A stretch of DNA of 64,000 bases from Octopus sinensis (Eukaryota), in the NCBI RefSeq assembly GCF_006345805.1, contig NC_042999.1, positions 140,430,001 through 140,494,000 on the forward strand. Direction: 5' to 3'. Shown piece by piece: positions 28,176 to 42,274 of the stretch. The number at the start of each line of letters is the position of its first letter. Positions within the stretch are counted from its first letter, which is position 1. The position numbers and the translations under genes were made by a program. The notes below the pieces were generated by a model. The model was given only the letters and a program-made list of their open reading frames with translations, did not search any database and was not told the DNA's origin.

Positions 28176-28828
28176 CCCTTTAGCATTTAAACCAGCTGTC
28201 ATCATCATCATCATCTTTTAACGTCTGTTCTCCATGCTAGCATGAGTTGGACGGTTTGACCGGGCGTCTGGGAAGCCAGAAGGCTGCACCAGGCTCCAGC
28301 TGGATGCCCTTCCTAACACCAACCACTCCGTGAGTGTAGTGGGTGCTTTTTACGTGCCAGGCGAGGCTGGCAACGGCCATGATCGGATTGGTGCTTTTTA
28401 CGTGCCACCAGCATGGAAGCCGATCAAGGCGGAGCTGGCATCGGCCACGTTCGAATGGTGCTTTTTACGTGCCACTGGCACGGAAGCCAGTCTAGGCGGC
28501 GCTGGCATCGGCCACGTTCGGATGGTGCTTTTTACGTGCCACCAGCACAGGGATCACAACTGCAGTTTCCATTGATTTTTGATGTTGGTGTACTTGACTC
28601 AATGGATCTCCTCAAGCACAGGGTCGAAACGGTGTTTCTTTACTTGCTACCTGCACACGAGTCAGCTGTATCTGGCCTAAATAATTTACATGTTTTATGT
28701 TCAAACCAGCCATGTCTAACCTCTCACAAGAGAGAGAGAAAAAGGGAAAGAGGGAGACAGAGAGAGAGACAGATAGAAAACGGTGAAAGAGGGAGGGGGA
28801 GAGACAAAGCAATCCGAATGCTAAAGGG
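28176..28828. mobile_element. piggyBac-like MITE interrupted by a retroposon insertion
   Basis: TTAA-CCCTTTAGCATT ... AATGCTAAAGGG-TTAA. Confidence 0.8.
28200..28662 (-). mobile_element. RTE 3'-end retroposon with internal GGCACGTAAAAAGCACC tandem units and (ATG)n tail, nested in the MITE
   Basis: 7-bp TSD CAGCTGT (28193-99 and 28663-69); tail family GGTTGGTGTTAGGAAGGGCATCCAGC...GACGTTAAAGATGATGATG. Confidence 0.8.
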
Positions 28829-28978
28829 TTAAAGACTATAGTATCAGGTTAATGTCTGAAACTTAAATTCAAAGGAAAACACTTTAGCTTAGTAAAGTGA
28901 AACTAATTTTAATATTAATTGTAGATATAAATGGAAAGAAAACAATATGGAATACTGATATATCATTGCAATACTTAC

Positions 28979-29148
28979 TTTTTCAACCAAACTCTCAGCA
29001 CTGCCACGTTCAAAACCATACTTTGATCTACTGAGAACATGTGTGGGAATCACTAATGGACCACGCTCGTAGGCACGGTATGGGATAGCACTGTCAGTTC
29101 CTTCAGGGTAATCACCAGACCTAGGATGTCTGCGAAGGTGTTCGTCAT
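28979..29148 (-). CDS. CACNA1C/D-like (Cav1): Cav1 C-terminal exon (DEHLRRHPRSGDYPEG...FERGSAESLVEK)
   Basis: Acceptor tttgcaaaatctaaag|AT (phase 1) and donor GAAAAA|gtaagt (phase 0); 170 nt. GSAESLVEK matches Cav1.2 GSASSLVEAV. Confidence 0.88.
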
Positions 29149-29389
29149 CTTTAGATTTTGCAAAGGACATGAAAAGGTAGGGGAAACGGAAAAAAGAAAA
29201 AGAAAAATTAATAAAAGAAAGCTTCATTAATGCATATGTGGTTGCATATATGTGTGAGTGAATGAAATTATGATACATATAACCATATATTTTGAAAGAA
29301 GTACATACAAAATGAAAGTACAGAGGTTGTATAAACATATGTAGGCAATGAGATTTTACATATGCATACATATATGTTTACATTGGACA

Positions 29390-29467
29390 CGTGTGTGTGT
29401 GCATGTATACACATATATACACACACGCATACATATGTATTACATACACACACAAATATATATGTAT

Positions 29468-29508
<41 letters not shown>

Positions 29509-29568
29509 CATACATACATATAGACATGTATATATACACACATATGAATATAGATATATGTATGTGTG

Positions 29569-29600
<32 letters not shown>

Positions 29601-29707
29601 ATATATATATATATATAATATATATATATAATATATATATATATATACACATACATATAGACATGTATATATACACACATATGAATATAGATATATGTAT
29701 GTGTGTG

Positions 29708-29793
<86 letters not shown>

Positions 29794-29800
29794 TATATAT
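29390..29800. repeat. Compound (AT)n/(AC)n tract with an internal duplication of about 130 bp
   Basis: TAGACATGTATATATACACACATATGAATATAGATATATG occurs at about 29521 and 29657. Confidence 0.9.
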
Positions 29801-30465
29801 GTTATAACTGTGATCCAACAGGGCACAATACATAACCTTTACATATAACATTTAGCAATCTATATGCACCATTTCACTGAAAGACATACAACTGGAAAGT
29901 ATATTCATTTTACTTCAGATTATCATAAGGTACAGATGAACAGGCTCTAATATTCATATAGTACACATGATGCTTAAATAAATTAAATAAGAAATGAAGA
30001 ATAAGAATGATTAATCAAATATTTCATTCTTTACTTATGCTTGAATGATACAATTTGGTGAGTACATTATTTTCTTCATGGAAATAAATGCAAAATAATC
30101 AGTGAGTATTTATATATCAACAAGTACTGAAAAAAACTGTATAGACATATGATCTTGTCCAAAGATGCTATAGATATTGTATTGAAGGTAAATCAAAAAA
30201 GTTGTCAAAAGTTAAATTTTGCATCCTTAGTCACTCTCTAGCTTAATGTTTGACAACACTTTTGGCTTACTTTTTGAATGAGACAATGTGTTTTTACTAT
30301 ATTTTCAGCACTTCTTGATGTGTAAAAACTGATTTCTTGTATTTGTTTGCCTTCTGAAGAAACTGTACTTCAAAAATTGTAGTAGTGAAACATATGCAAA
30401 GGATAAAATATTTAATTATCTTCTCATTTAATCATTATATGCGTGTGTGTATGTTGATCTGTGTG

Positions 30466-30584
<119 letters not shown>

Positions 30585-30972
30585 CATCATCATCATCATT
30601 CCATGCTTGTAATAATAATAATAAAAATAATCAATTAAGCAGAAAACAGGTATGGTATTCAATGCTTCATAAATCATATATGCATTTCAGCAAAATGTTG
30701 AGACAGATGAGGTGAAGCACAAGACTGCATAATGTTTTCGCAACTGTTATGTAATTATTACTGTATTTTTGCTGAAATGTGTATTTGTTACCTAAAGCAT
30801 TGAATACCATAATTGTTTTCTGTTTAATTATTATTATTTCTATTATTAAGCTTCTTTTCTGCACATTATCCTATCCTGAGGTTGATGCCCTATGTCATAC
30901 TACACCAGAGTGAAGTGTGGAACCTACAACTGAATCCAATGTTTAGTTATATGTTGCATTTCACAGTGCCTT

Positions 30973-31003
<31 letters not shown>

Positions 31004-31539
31004 TATCCAATATATATGACTGAGTAAGTACCAGCCTACTAGCTCAATGCTGATGCAGCTCTCTCATCCTTCAACTAGCAATTGATGTTCCACTGGGTCA
31101 TATATATATACACACACATATATACATATAAAACCATAGCTCACTTACAAACAAGCATGATCTGGTTGATTGTACCATACTTTCAATACTTGATTTTGGT
31201 GTCTATGTTGTTTTGAGCAGACAGTCTCTCAAACATCCCACCTATGATCCAGTGGAACATTGAATGCCAGCTGAAGGATACTTACTCATTCACATATATA
31301 GGATGATATACATATATATATAATACACAAACAAATGCATAAACATACTTACATATATAGACACACAAATGTGTGAATGCATATGTCTGTCTGTAAGTAT
31401 GTATCCATGCAGGCACACATGTATGTATTTATATACCATTCTTTGTACCTGTATGTGTATCTCTACAGATATGTGTAGACATAAGGACAAGTATGAATAT
31501 ATATGGATGTCAGTTCTTATTTCTCTGTACATGTACATT

Positions 31540-31810
31540 TTACTTGTTTCAGTCATTGGACTGTAGCCATCATGCTGGGGACACTACCTTGAAGGTATTT
31601 TTTAGTTAAATAAGTTGACCCCAGTACTCATTTAAAAAAAGTCTGGTACTTCTATCAGTCTCTTTTGTTGAACTACTAAGTTATATGCATGAAAAACAAA
31701 CCAACATCGGTTGTCAAGTGGTGGTGTGGTACAAACATGAATACAAAGGCATACAGATATAGGCATATAAATTTACAATGGGCTTCCTTCAGTTTCTGTC
31801 TACCAAATTC
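31540..31810 (-). mobile_element. SINE, 3' portion (same family)
   Basis: CTTTTACTTGTTTCAGTCAT...GGGCTTCCTTCAGTTTCTGTCTACCAAAT. Confidence 0.75.
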
Positions 31811-31931
31811 AAGATAAATGAGTAAACAAATAAAACTCAACAGATGTAGTGGCAATGAAAAGTTATTTATTAACAGGTTGACTCAACCCCACGTTGCTGA
31901 AATTTTTGTTTGAGCAGATAAGTGTCTACAT

Positions 31932-32088
31932 CAGGCATGGGCAACCTTTTTTGATTAGTTGGAAGCATGAGACATGGCTCATCATCAGGCAGGCCACACA
32001 TACAAAAAAAAATCAAAGTTATCTTTTGTTGGTGTATCATTCAGAAAGTCCCATGAGCTCCATGCAACCTGCAGTTTGTCCATGACTG
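31932..32088. mobile_element. hAT (Charlie-like) MITE
   Basis: TIRs CAGGCATGGGCAAC / GTTTGTCCATGACTG; perfect 8-bp TSD GTCTACAT (31924-31 and 32089-96). Confidence 0.85.
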
Positions 32089-33949
32089 GTCTACATAATT
32101 AGAAGTATGAGATCAAAAGCAAGGTTTCCAACAGAGGATATTTTAGGGCCTCAATTGGTCAGTTCAGATCACATTAATAGATTAAACCACAACAATAACA
32201 AGTAATTTTATTTATGTTTCCATGTGGTTGGAGAGACAGTCTAGTTGTGCTTGATTGTTTATAACCAGAAGGATTTCACAATACAGTCTCCATTCCTCCA
32301 AATAGGAATTGAAGCTGTGTTCTATGGTGAGATAATTAGTCTTGTGGTGTCAGGTTATGTATCTAATGGTGTATCATGCATGGATTTGAAGTTAGCTACT
32401 GGTAGGTCATGATGATGCTATGTAGAAGTGTAATAATCTTTATATGATTAAGTAGGGATTGTTTATCCTGAAACTGTAGATGGGCCAGCTAAGGTTAAGG
32501 TGGTCTTTCCAGGGTACCAGTGACTAATGGTTAGAAGATTATTAACAAGGTATATTTTTAGTGACAACAATACAGAGGCAAAATTGACAAATACTATGCT
32601 AGGTGAATAAGGAGGGAGCTGGTAAGAAGGATGCTCCATGTAATGTTGAGTCCTAGAGTCTCCAGATGAAGCTGGACAAGAGGGTGGAGTTTTCTCTCTC
32701 CTTGCACCTAAAGGGGTGCGTATATTGTGTAAACCTTGCTTCAAATCATTGACTGTTAGGTCTATGTAGTGTCTTGTGATGCCATTGGATGATGTGAGGG
32801 TAGCTCTGTATACCACAACTTTGAAAGGTAAAAATCCTTCTAGTGAATTGTTAGTATGATTTTGGCAGTTATAGGCTGGAGTATGGGGTGGAGTCTTGGT
32901 AGGTGTATGTCTATTTCTGTTGCAGTGTGAAATATTGGAAGTAATATTATCCTAGTATGAATAGCTAATCTTAATGTTATGGGCAATAAAGACATTATAA
33001 AACTTATGGATATTTGAGAAATACTGTCTAATTAGGGACAGGAAACTTTTAGCTATATTAGTTGTTACATCTAGGTTGAATAGAGGATTGAGCCAGATCA
33101 GAATTCTCTTTCTAACTATCTTTGGTTTCAGCAGTGGGACATCCTCAATTTACTCTAAATTATCAGTGAACCCACTCTTTGCTTATGTCTCGTTATAATA
33201 GAGTATATTGATAAACTGGAGATTTTTCTATTGATACCTGTGACTAATTTCTTATTATATGCTGAGTTCCTCAGCATGTAAACTTAGACTTCAAGCTAGA
33301 CAAATACTATCCCTACAGAAAATCTATAAACATGTTTTCTGCAGGGATAGTAGCTGTCTTGAAGTCTAGGATAATATTTAGTTAAATTGGCAGTAACAGT
33401 TATCTCAGGTTGGGCTTTTTGGAGATGCTTATAAAATTCTTCCTGAATTCCACCAGAGTGTGGTTACTCTCATTACTTAAGATTGCCAGGCCATTGTATA
33501 GGGTCAAGCTGTGTGAGTACATTTTTTTCTAAAGTATTCAGAATAAATATCTTGACAAGGTGAACCTGCAAGCTGAACTACAATGCCACAGAACAAGTTG
33601 ATGACAGCAGCACAGTACTCCTGCTATATCAATCCAGTTGTCCTTTTGGTATCAAAATTGATAACATCAAGAGTATATATACTGACAATGCCTATCTCAC
33701 TCTCAGAAGGGTTAATTAGCCTGCATTTAGAATTGGAAAGAAAGTTGTATTTGTGGTCCTTAAAAGTAATATATGGGAAGTCCACATATGATGGTCCACA
33801 TAATCAATTTTTAGGAAAGTGGTTAGCTTCTTTGCTTCCATCTTTGTGTTGTTGTATGTTGGAATGTTGGTTTCATTGTATGTTCTGGTGATGGCATTAG
33901 AAAAATGTTGTTGGAGATAGTTAAAGTACTGATGGTGCTGATGTAGTGT

Positions 33950-35000
33950 CTATGATTATAGAGAATGAAGAAGGTACAATCGGGTATGGTAATGAACTGG
34001 AATTTCATGAACCAATGATGAAGGTGGTGAGGATGGGAATGATGGAGATAGAAATGAGATTGTGCCAAAGTAGATTATGATAGTGAAGTAGGTGATAGTG
34101 GTGGTTCTGCAAGTGGCAAAGGCAGTGACAAAAGGCACAATCTCCAATCATCTTTATCACATCCACCACCACCACCACTTCATTACATACCCAATTCCCT
34201 CTTCATCATCAATCACCATAGATGTAGCATCAGGAGCATCATTACCATTACTATCTCCAACATTGTTTACATCACCACCACCATTACCACAACCCTATTT
34301 CCACTATCATTTCTATCAATATTGACATCATCATCACTACCACCATCTATTCCACATGCTCCATCATTTCCATTAGCTCAAACACTGCAATCACTTATAT
34401 TGGTTTCAAATTTTGGCACAAGGCTAGCAATTTTAGCACAGGGATAAGTTAATTACTTCAGCCCCAGTGCTCAACTGATACTTATTTTATTGACCTTGAA
34501 AGAGTGAAAAGGCAAAGTCAACCTTGAAAGAATTTGAACTCAGAACATAAAGACAGATGAAGTACTGCTAAGCACTTTGCTCAGTATGCAAACAATTCTG
34601 CCAGTTTGCCACTTTCCTACAATCACCTATATGACCACCGTCTACACTCACCACATTTAACACCATCACTATTGGATCTACATCTACCATTTTCTTCACC
34701 ACCATCTTGATTAGCACCACAACTACCACTCTTTGCTTCATGATCATCATCCACCTTTGTTTAAGCATTGATCACCACTCCTACTTCTACCACCATCACT
34801 ATCATCACTACTACATATCAATCCTTCTTCACCATCCACTACCTGCCACCTTAACACCATCACTGCCTTTTTTTATTATCTTCTGCATAGTTAACACCAT
34901 CATCACCACCATTAACATATCCAGTACCAACTCAATACCATTACATCATCATCAGCAGCACAACCATGACACTTACTTCCACATACCCTTCCGATATACC
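33950..35000. repeat. Degenerate CAT/CAC triplet low-complexity region with an embedded SINE
   Basis: Direct inspection. Confidence 0.7.
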
Positions 35001-35472
35001 CAGCATCTTGAACCAACTAACATAACTTATCTTTCTGCCCTTTTGTCTATCTTGTCTAAATTTCTGCATGTTTCTGTTTTCACCTTATAATTTAGTCCCT
35101 GATGTGCCTCCAGGTAAAACAAAATGTATTTTGTCAGACACTCAGGACACACACACTGAGAGAGAATTGAGAAGAAAGGCTGCAGCCTTAATAGAGATGC
35201 TTGCTACACAGCAACTCTCACATAACTATGGTTGTTGTTGTAAGTGCTGAAATAAAGGAATGACTTGACTAAACATAAACTAAAGATGATGGTAAAAGCT
35301 GGAATCTAAGAAACTGATGAAGGTCTAAGATGGCCAGAATAGTAATAAAATTCAAAAGGGTTCATAGATGTCAATAAGTTTGGTAGCCATGCAAAATAAA
35401 TAAGTCTGACATTTTAGGGATATGGACACAATTCCCTGAATGGTCCTGTGTCCATATCAGAAGAAAAATGAA

Positions 35473-35620
<148 letters not shown>

Positions 35621-37676
35621 CAAATAAAAAGTAACTTTTTGGACACAAATCTTTCAGTTGACCTCTGTCAGAAATGTCAGAGTTATGGCAATCAGATTTA
35701 TTGGCACCTACAAATTCTTTTATATTCTATCTATAACGATAAATGGCTAAAGAAATACTCATCTGCTAAAGCCTAAACACATAAAAACCCAAACCAAAGG
35801 ACATGCATTTCTTTGAAAGTCTTTACTCTTCAACATGCTTTTGTAAGAAAAAACCCATACAACTATATATGGCAGAGATCTATATAAGATCAAGCTATAT
35901 AGCTATACGTATGAATACTTACATATATCAGTCTTCAATAATTTTGTTGTTGTAATAATAGTAGCAGATAATGATGACATTTAGACAAAAATAATAAGTA
36001 ACAACTTCTGATTTAACTACTTTGTGCTAACATACTACCATACAATAGCTATAACTAACACATGCATTATAGTACACTGAAACAGCTCTATGTAAATATA
36101 GATGCTGACATCTACTATTATTAATTAATACATGCAACAAGGGTAGGAGACCTGAAGATTTACAGGTCAGAGTGAAGTACCTGACTGGTAACCTAGTGGT
36201 ATAAAGACTTATGGCTTAGGATCCTACAGTTCTGAACTGAAGCTATATTCATGATCTGATTTAACTTTCAACTGAACTCATATTTCTTAAATTGGTAATC
36301 TGTACACTTGTAGATTCTTTTAATCTATACAGATTAAACCAAACTTAAGAGTGTACAGACTAAAATAATTAACAAATTGATATTTCATAACAATGTATAT
36401 GATAATCGACTTGTTTAAAAAGATGGTATTCCTTTATGATATCATTGGAGAGAGAGAGAAAGAGAGAGAGAGGGAGGGCAAGGAAATCAAGGATTACAGA
36501 GAAGGGAGTTGAAGAGAGAGGTTATAAAAATGAGAGTAATGTAGACCTATACCTCTAATAAAGGAATAGCAGTCCAAGTTGAGTAAAATTGGAGGAAATA
36601 GTGAGTTGTAGAAGTGGTTCCTGTTATAACAGCACATAATTTAAATGAAGCATAGCATTTAGGTGTCTATATTGACCAGTGCCATTCTATCATGGAAAAT
36701 GGCATACACACACCACAAATAACTTTAACAATATGTTTACTAGTGAAAAAGAAAAAAAAATCATTGAAACAGTCATAAGTTCAGTAATGAAAAGTTTAAA
36801 TATTATAAACCCAGCCCATTTCAGGGTTCATAAAATTGGAGTTTATCATGATTTTAAACTGTTCTAAGAAGATGGAAGACATACTATTATAATCTGAATA
36901 GAGTGCTAATCTATCCTAGGTTGGTTTTCTCAAGCAGTTGCTCAGACACATTTGAAATCCAGAACATGATCCATCACATGTAGTTATTTTGTTGAAAAGG
37001 CCCCCTCCCACATAGTTTATTGTAATTGATTTATTTGAATTAATCAAAATTGTTACTAATTCATGACTTCAACTTGACTATTTGCAAAATGGTAGAGGTT
37101 TTGAACATTTAGATGTTTGCATATTGCTGCAATTGGAATATTTTACAACTGCTTTGAAGCTAACCAAAGTTAAGTGTTGTAGGAACAGCATCGTTGCTGA
37201 AGCAAGATTTGAACTCATATGAAGTTAATGTCAAGCTTTGTAGCCACAACTATGTGTGTGTGTGTGTGTGTGTGTGTAGGTACATATACACAAACAAACA
37301 GTATTCAATGTCAAGGGTTTGCAAGTTTATAAATATTGCAGCTGGTATCCTGTATCTAGTTATTTGAATTCCCCGACCAATAGACAAGATGATTTTGGTG
37401 TACATGCTTCATTCAGTGGGCATGCTGTTCGGTTCCTGCATGAACATTCAGCTTCATGTCAAGTATCTGGTAATAGGTAATCTTAACTGTGTCTATTGAA
37501 CAACTCCCTATATTTTTGTTTTTGTGGGAAATATCTAATTTTAACTTAAGGTCAATCTTGCCTATATTAAGACCTAACATTGAATGAAAAGTGGGGTGCA
37601 GACAAAATGACCATCCTGTGCCATATTCTTCAGGTGGTGCCCTGGTTGGGTTTATAGATAATCTCATCTTTAAACC

Positions 37677-38817
37677 TGTGGGATGACATCAGCGGCTGGG
37701 GAGCTGACTGGAAGAGGAAGGACACGCAGGTGACATGCGCACAAGTAGGGGATGATTGCGGCCTTTTCGATCGGAGAAGCCGTGATTGCAGGATGTGTCA
37801 TTACTTCGACAAGGTGATGGATAGCAGCAGCTATTTTTAGCGTTTTGGGACGGGCCATGTGGAAAGGTATGTTACCACCTGACAGGTCTGCGTTAACAAT
37901 AGCCATTTGGAGGGAGTTAAGGATGGGCATTGCTGATGAGATTGTGAAGATTTTGAACAAGATATTTTTAGAGAGGGGTCCCGTGGAAGAACTGCTAATG
38001 GATAATGGGGCGGCATTTTGTTCAGAAGCGTCAAGGGATATGCTCGACTGGTGGAAAGTGCGTTGCTTGTTCAGAGCAGCGTATAGGCCGAGTGGTAACG
38101 AAATCGTAGAGAGGCACCATTGGACAATCAAGGCCATGGTGGAAAGAGGGCACATTTTGCTGCTGGAAGCAGTTTTCTAGTTTAACATGCCTCCCCGATC
38201 CGGACAAGCTGAAGAATCTGTGCCACACAGAGCAGTATTTAAATATGAATGGAACATCCCAGTAAAGCACCAGAGTGCCACGAGGAAGAGAAGGAATCTG
38301 CCTGCATGAAAATAGGGGAGGTAGTTTGTGTTAAGCCACCGAAGGTGCGCAGTACATCTCAATGGAGCAGAGGAATGGTGACAGCAGTCAATTCCAGAAA
38401 CAACATCTCTGTGGATGGAATGCCACATCATGTTTTGGACCTTCACAGGATTGTTGCTTTGTTGCATGATGATTGTGGAGAGGAGGAGCCTAGCTTCAGG
38501 AGATCTCGATGCATAAGGTGGCTGCCCGGTTGGATGGTGGACTTTGACGTGGAGTAAGGGGGAAGTGATCTTTAAGATCAGGGAGGTGGGTGGGATGACA
38601 TCAGCGGCTGGGGAGCTGACCGGAAGAGGAAGGGCACGCAGGTGACATGTGCACAGGCGAGGGATGATCACACCTTTTTCAATCGGGGAAGCTGTGAGTG
38701 CAGGACATATCAGTACTTCGACAAGGTGAGGGATAGCAGCTGCTATTTTTAGTGTTTCAGGACAGGCCATGTGGAAGGGTACGTCTGCGTCAACGAAGAG
38801 AAGGTAGGTGTCTTACT
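37677..38817 (+). mobile_element. Internally deleted Gypsy-like LTR retrotransposon: two LTR copies flanking an integrase fragment
   Basis: Direct repeats TG(T/G)GGGATGACATCAGCGGC... at about 37677-37900 and 38590-38817. Integrase core (LMDNGAAFCS, AYRPSGNEIVERHH) and C-terminus (RRSRCIRWLPGWMVDF). PPT AAGGGGGAAG before the 3' LTR. No TSD found. Confidence 0.85.
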
Positions 38818-41800
38818 TCTAATCTCCTGCATTCACTACAAAATCTATGAATAGTTCTTTGATGACAGATTAAAGATTCTTCTGTTCACACTTGTTACAA
38901 TGTTTTGAACACTAGGCAGTGGGGGTTGACAGGATCCTATGTTAACATGAGTTTCTCATTTTGTTTCCTAAAAGGTTTAAAAGAATCAGTACTAAAGTCT
39001 AGAGTGATGCCTAGAAAATTACTTTAAGGTTACTGTCTAAGGTTAGGGATCTAAACATCTCTATAATGTCTTTTCTTAACCTATCTAATATGTATCCATT
39101 AAAGATGGCTAGAGTGTCATCCATATTTAGGCCAAACTAGTGGAGGTGAATGTTTTAAAAACATCCACAACATATAGTCCAGTGAGATAATAGATGCCTA
39201 TGTTATTGACTGAGCCTATACTCACATTAATATTACAGTTTTTTGTCAAAGAGCAAATTTTTTGTAGTATTGAATGTGACCTCTAAGTCTCTGTCACTTA
39301 TAGGAGTACATAGCATAGTGGAGCACCTTAGTAAGTCATGGGTATCTAGTATCAAAGGGTAAAACCGAGGATATCAAACAGAGTGAACCTTGTGTATTTT
39401 TGAGTCAAGAGATAACCTAGTAGGTGTTACTTCATTAGGCAAGGTTAGAGGATTTCCAAATGCTAATGTTATGTATAAATATTTTCTTACTGATGAGTCC
39501 TGTTTCTGATTTGGTGGTTTATTAATCTACATTTAGAGTTGGTTGTAAACTTACTTTAATGGTCATTCATGGTGATTAAAGCATTGCATTTAGATAGTAT
39601 TTCCAGTCTGTTGTTATATCTAAGCTTAAGTTTGTGTTTAGTATCAGTATTTACATTGTTGTAAGTTTGGAGCTTAGAATAATTTTAGGTAATATTGTAG
39701 AAGTCAGTTTCTATATGAAGTAGAAGTGGAGTCGTCTCTACCAGCTCAAATGGATAATTGGAAGCAAATAATTGGTAACAACATAGGAATGGTAGAAATC
39801 AAGTTCAAATAGTGATATGCTAACCACACTGCTTCCATCACTGACATGAGAAAATAACAGTTTTGTCTAATTAAATATGATGGCAAAAGGAGAATATCAA
39901 CTATCAAATAAAATAGAAAAACTGTGATAATGTTAACTATGTGGGGCAGAAAAGATAACCAAACTGAATAGTATCAATGCTTCATCTAAATATTTAAAAG
40001 CACATGATTTGAATTTTTAGGCAGATGTCACCATTTTGATAAGTGATTATTAAAATTTTAGAAACCCATTACACCACCAGATTAGTTATACTTGGAGAGG
40101 AATAATAAATGTGTTAATTCACCTGTAATCTACATTCTAGAAACTTTTAAATGTAGCCATGCCTTCCAAGAAATCTTCTAGTAATATAAACTATTACAAC
40201 TATTATAGAACTTCCTGTATCACCCCAATATAAATGTTTCATACATTTTTTTGAGATCACCTATCTAGTTCCATGCTAAACAACTATTAAATTGCTGGTA
40301 ACATTTATAAATGTCAATTATAAGTATTAATATTCCAAGTATTTTGCAATTCTACTAGTGTAAGGGAAATAATTTAATAGACTAGCTATTAAATATATTC
40401 CTTATATTGTATTTTACATGAAAGGAAGAAGCTGCACATGAAAATTTCGAGCTATATTGCCATGTGAGTATACAGAATTGCATTAAGATCCCTTTGGAAT
40501 TTTAATACTTCTGGGAGTTGTCATGTAACTAATTAGTGAGACTATACCTGAAGACTATTAATCAATACATATATACATATATTGTAAGCTAAAAACTTTA
40601 CCATTACTCTGAGTTTAGTACTTGTGACCTTTGGACAAAGATTAAATGTGAAACTCTGATTACTGTTTAGTGTAGTTTTCAGATTCCAATGAATAAACAT
40701 GAAACAAGACTTGTCTAAATCACTGATAATAACTGAAACAAATTCTCAAAAGACTGGAAAACAGTAAGTTTTCTCAATATGTACACATATCATTTTAATG
40801 TCCACTTTTTCATGCTTGCAACAGTCAATATTTTCCCTAGTCCTTCATACATGAACAACATACACACATATTTAGATGTCTAGAAATATTGAAGACCATA
40901 ATAGTAAGGGATCAGATGTAGAATTACAGAATTTTTTCTATTTTCTGCTGACAATTATTTGCTTGTACACATTAATTTATGAACACTTTCTACAATATGT
41001 CACTGAATTGACTTCCAAAAACACAAACATAAGACTACATTTTCTATATATTTTCTACAACACAAATAACCTACTTTTTATTAATCTTTTATAGAATTAG
41101 TGCTGTAATTTTAACTACAACCCCAAAACATATGCTCTTTCATTACTATTAAATTATCGTACCAATAAGATTGGAAGGAATATATTTTTTTAGCATATGA
41201 GAAGTATAGGAAAAATCATATACAATTCATTATGGCTCTTTTCTCTGAACATTCTTATAATTTCTTACAACTCTATGGGTGTATAAGTGTAGTAGAAAAG
41301 TAAATGTAATAGATGAATAAATGGAGGAGACAGGCATCAAAATAATAATAATAATAATAAACATTTACTGAATGTAACTGATATAAACGTTTTATGAAAG
41401 TGAAGATATTATCTGTCTTTGTATGTACATAGTGTATTATTAGTAATTTGCTCCTCACAATTTTCCTAATATTGCAGTTTAAATATATAACTTCAATATA
41501 TTTTCTATTTAAATATCTGCAAACACAGACGCATATGTCTTTGTGTATGTGTTCATCTATATGTATCTATGTATGCATGTTATATATATATATATATATA
41601 TATAAACACACATATACACATTATCATCATCATTTTAACATCCACATTTACATGCTTGTATGGGCTGGACAGAATCCTTTTGTCAAGCCTCATTTCTTTT
41701 CCAGGCAAGGGAATATTTTCCAGAACATGGAAGACTGGAATTAAGTGACATTACTTGTAGGATGGTAACACTTATTTACAGCTATTGTGTGTTATCAAGA

Positions 41801-42243
41801 CAAAGAGACTCTCATCCCCCACCTATATAAATACATACACACATATAACAGGCTTCTTTTAGTGTCCAGCTACTACACCCACACAAAAGGTTTTGATCAG
41901 CCTAGGGCTATAGAAAAAGATACTTGCCTAAGGTACCATGCAGTGGATCTGAACTTGAAAAAACACACATACACACACACACATACTGAAGATAGTTGCA
42001 TTTATTGATTCCAAAAAATACTTATTAACATAACTATGGAGAACAATCCTACAACTACATAGTCACCTACAAAAGATCATGCAAGTTGCCTGAATTCTGA
42101 ATTTATATTGTTCAGTTTGTGGTTACTTTCAGAATGGCAAGGACTCAATCTGGATTACAAGAGTGTGCATTTTGTGTATTTGTGTGTATAGCCACACACA
42201 TGTACACACTTATGTATTATTTATATATATCGGGGAGAAAGAG

Positions 42244-42274
<31 letters not shown>

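Noticed and set aside
32400-33950. Possible highly decayed LINE sequence (similar at 38850-39800, 51100-52000 and 58050-58600)
   Set aside because: Too degenerate to assign a family or boundaries by eye.
35310-35345. CTGATGAA-GGTC-TAAGAT-GGCC-AGAAT hammerhead-like motif
   Set aside because: GAAAC and the cleavage helix are missing; at best a dead relic.
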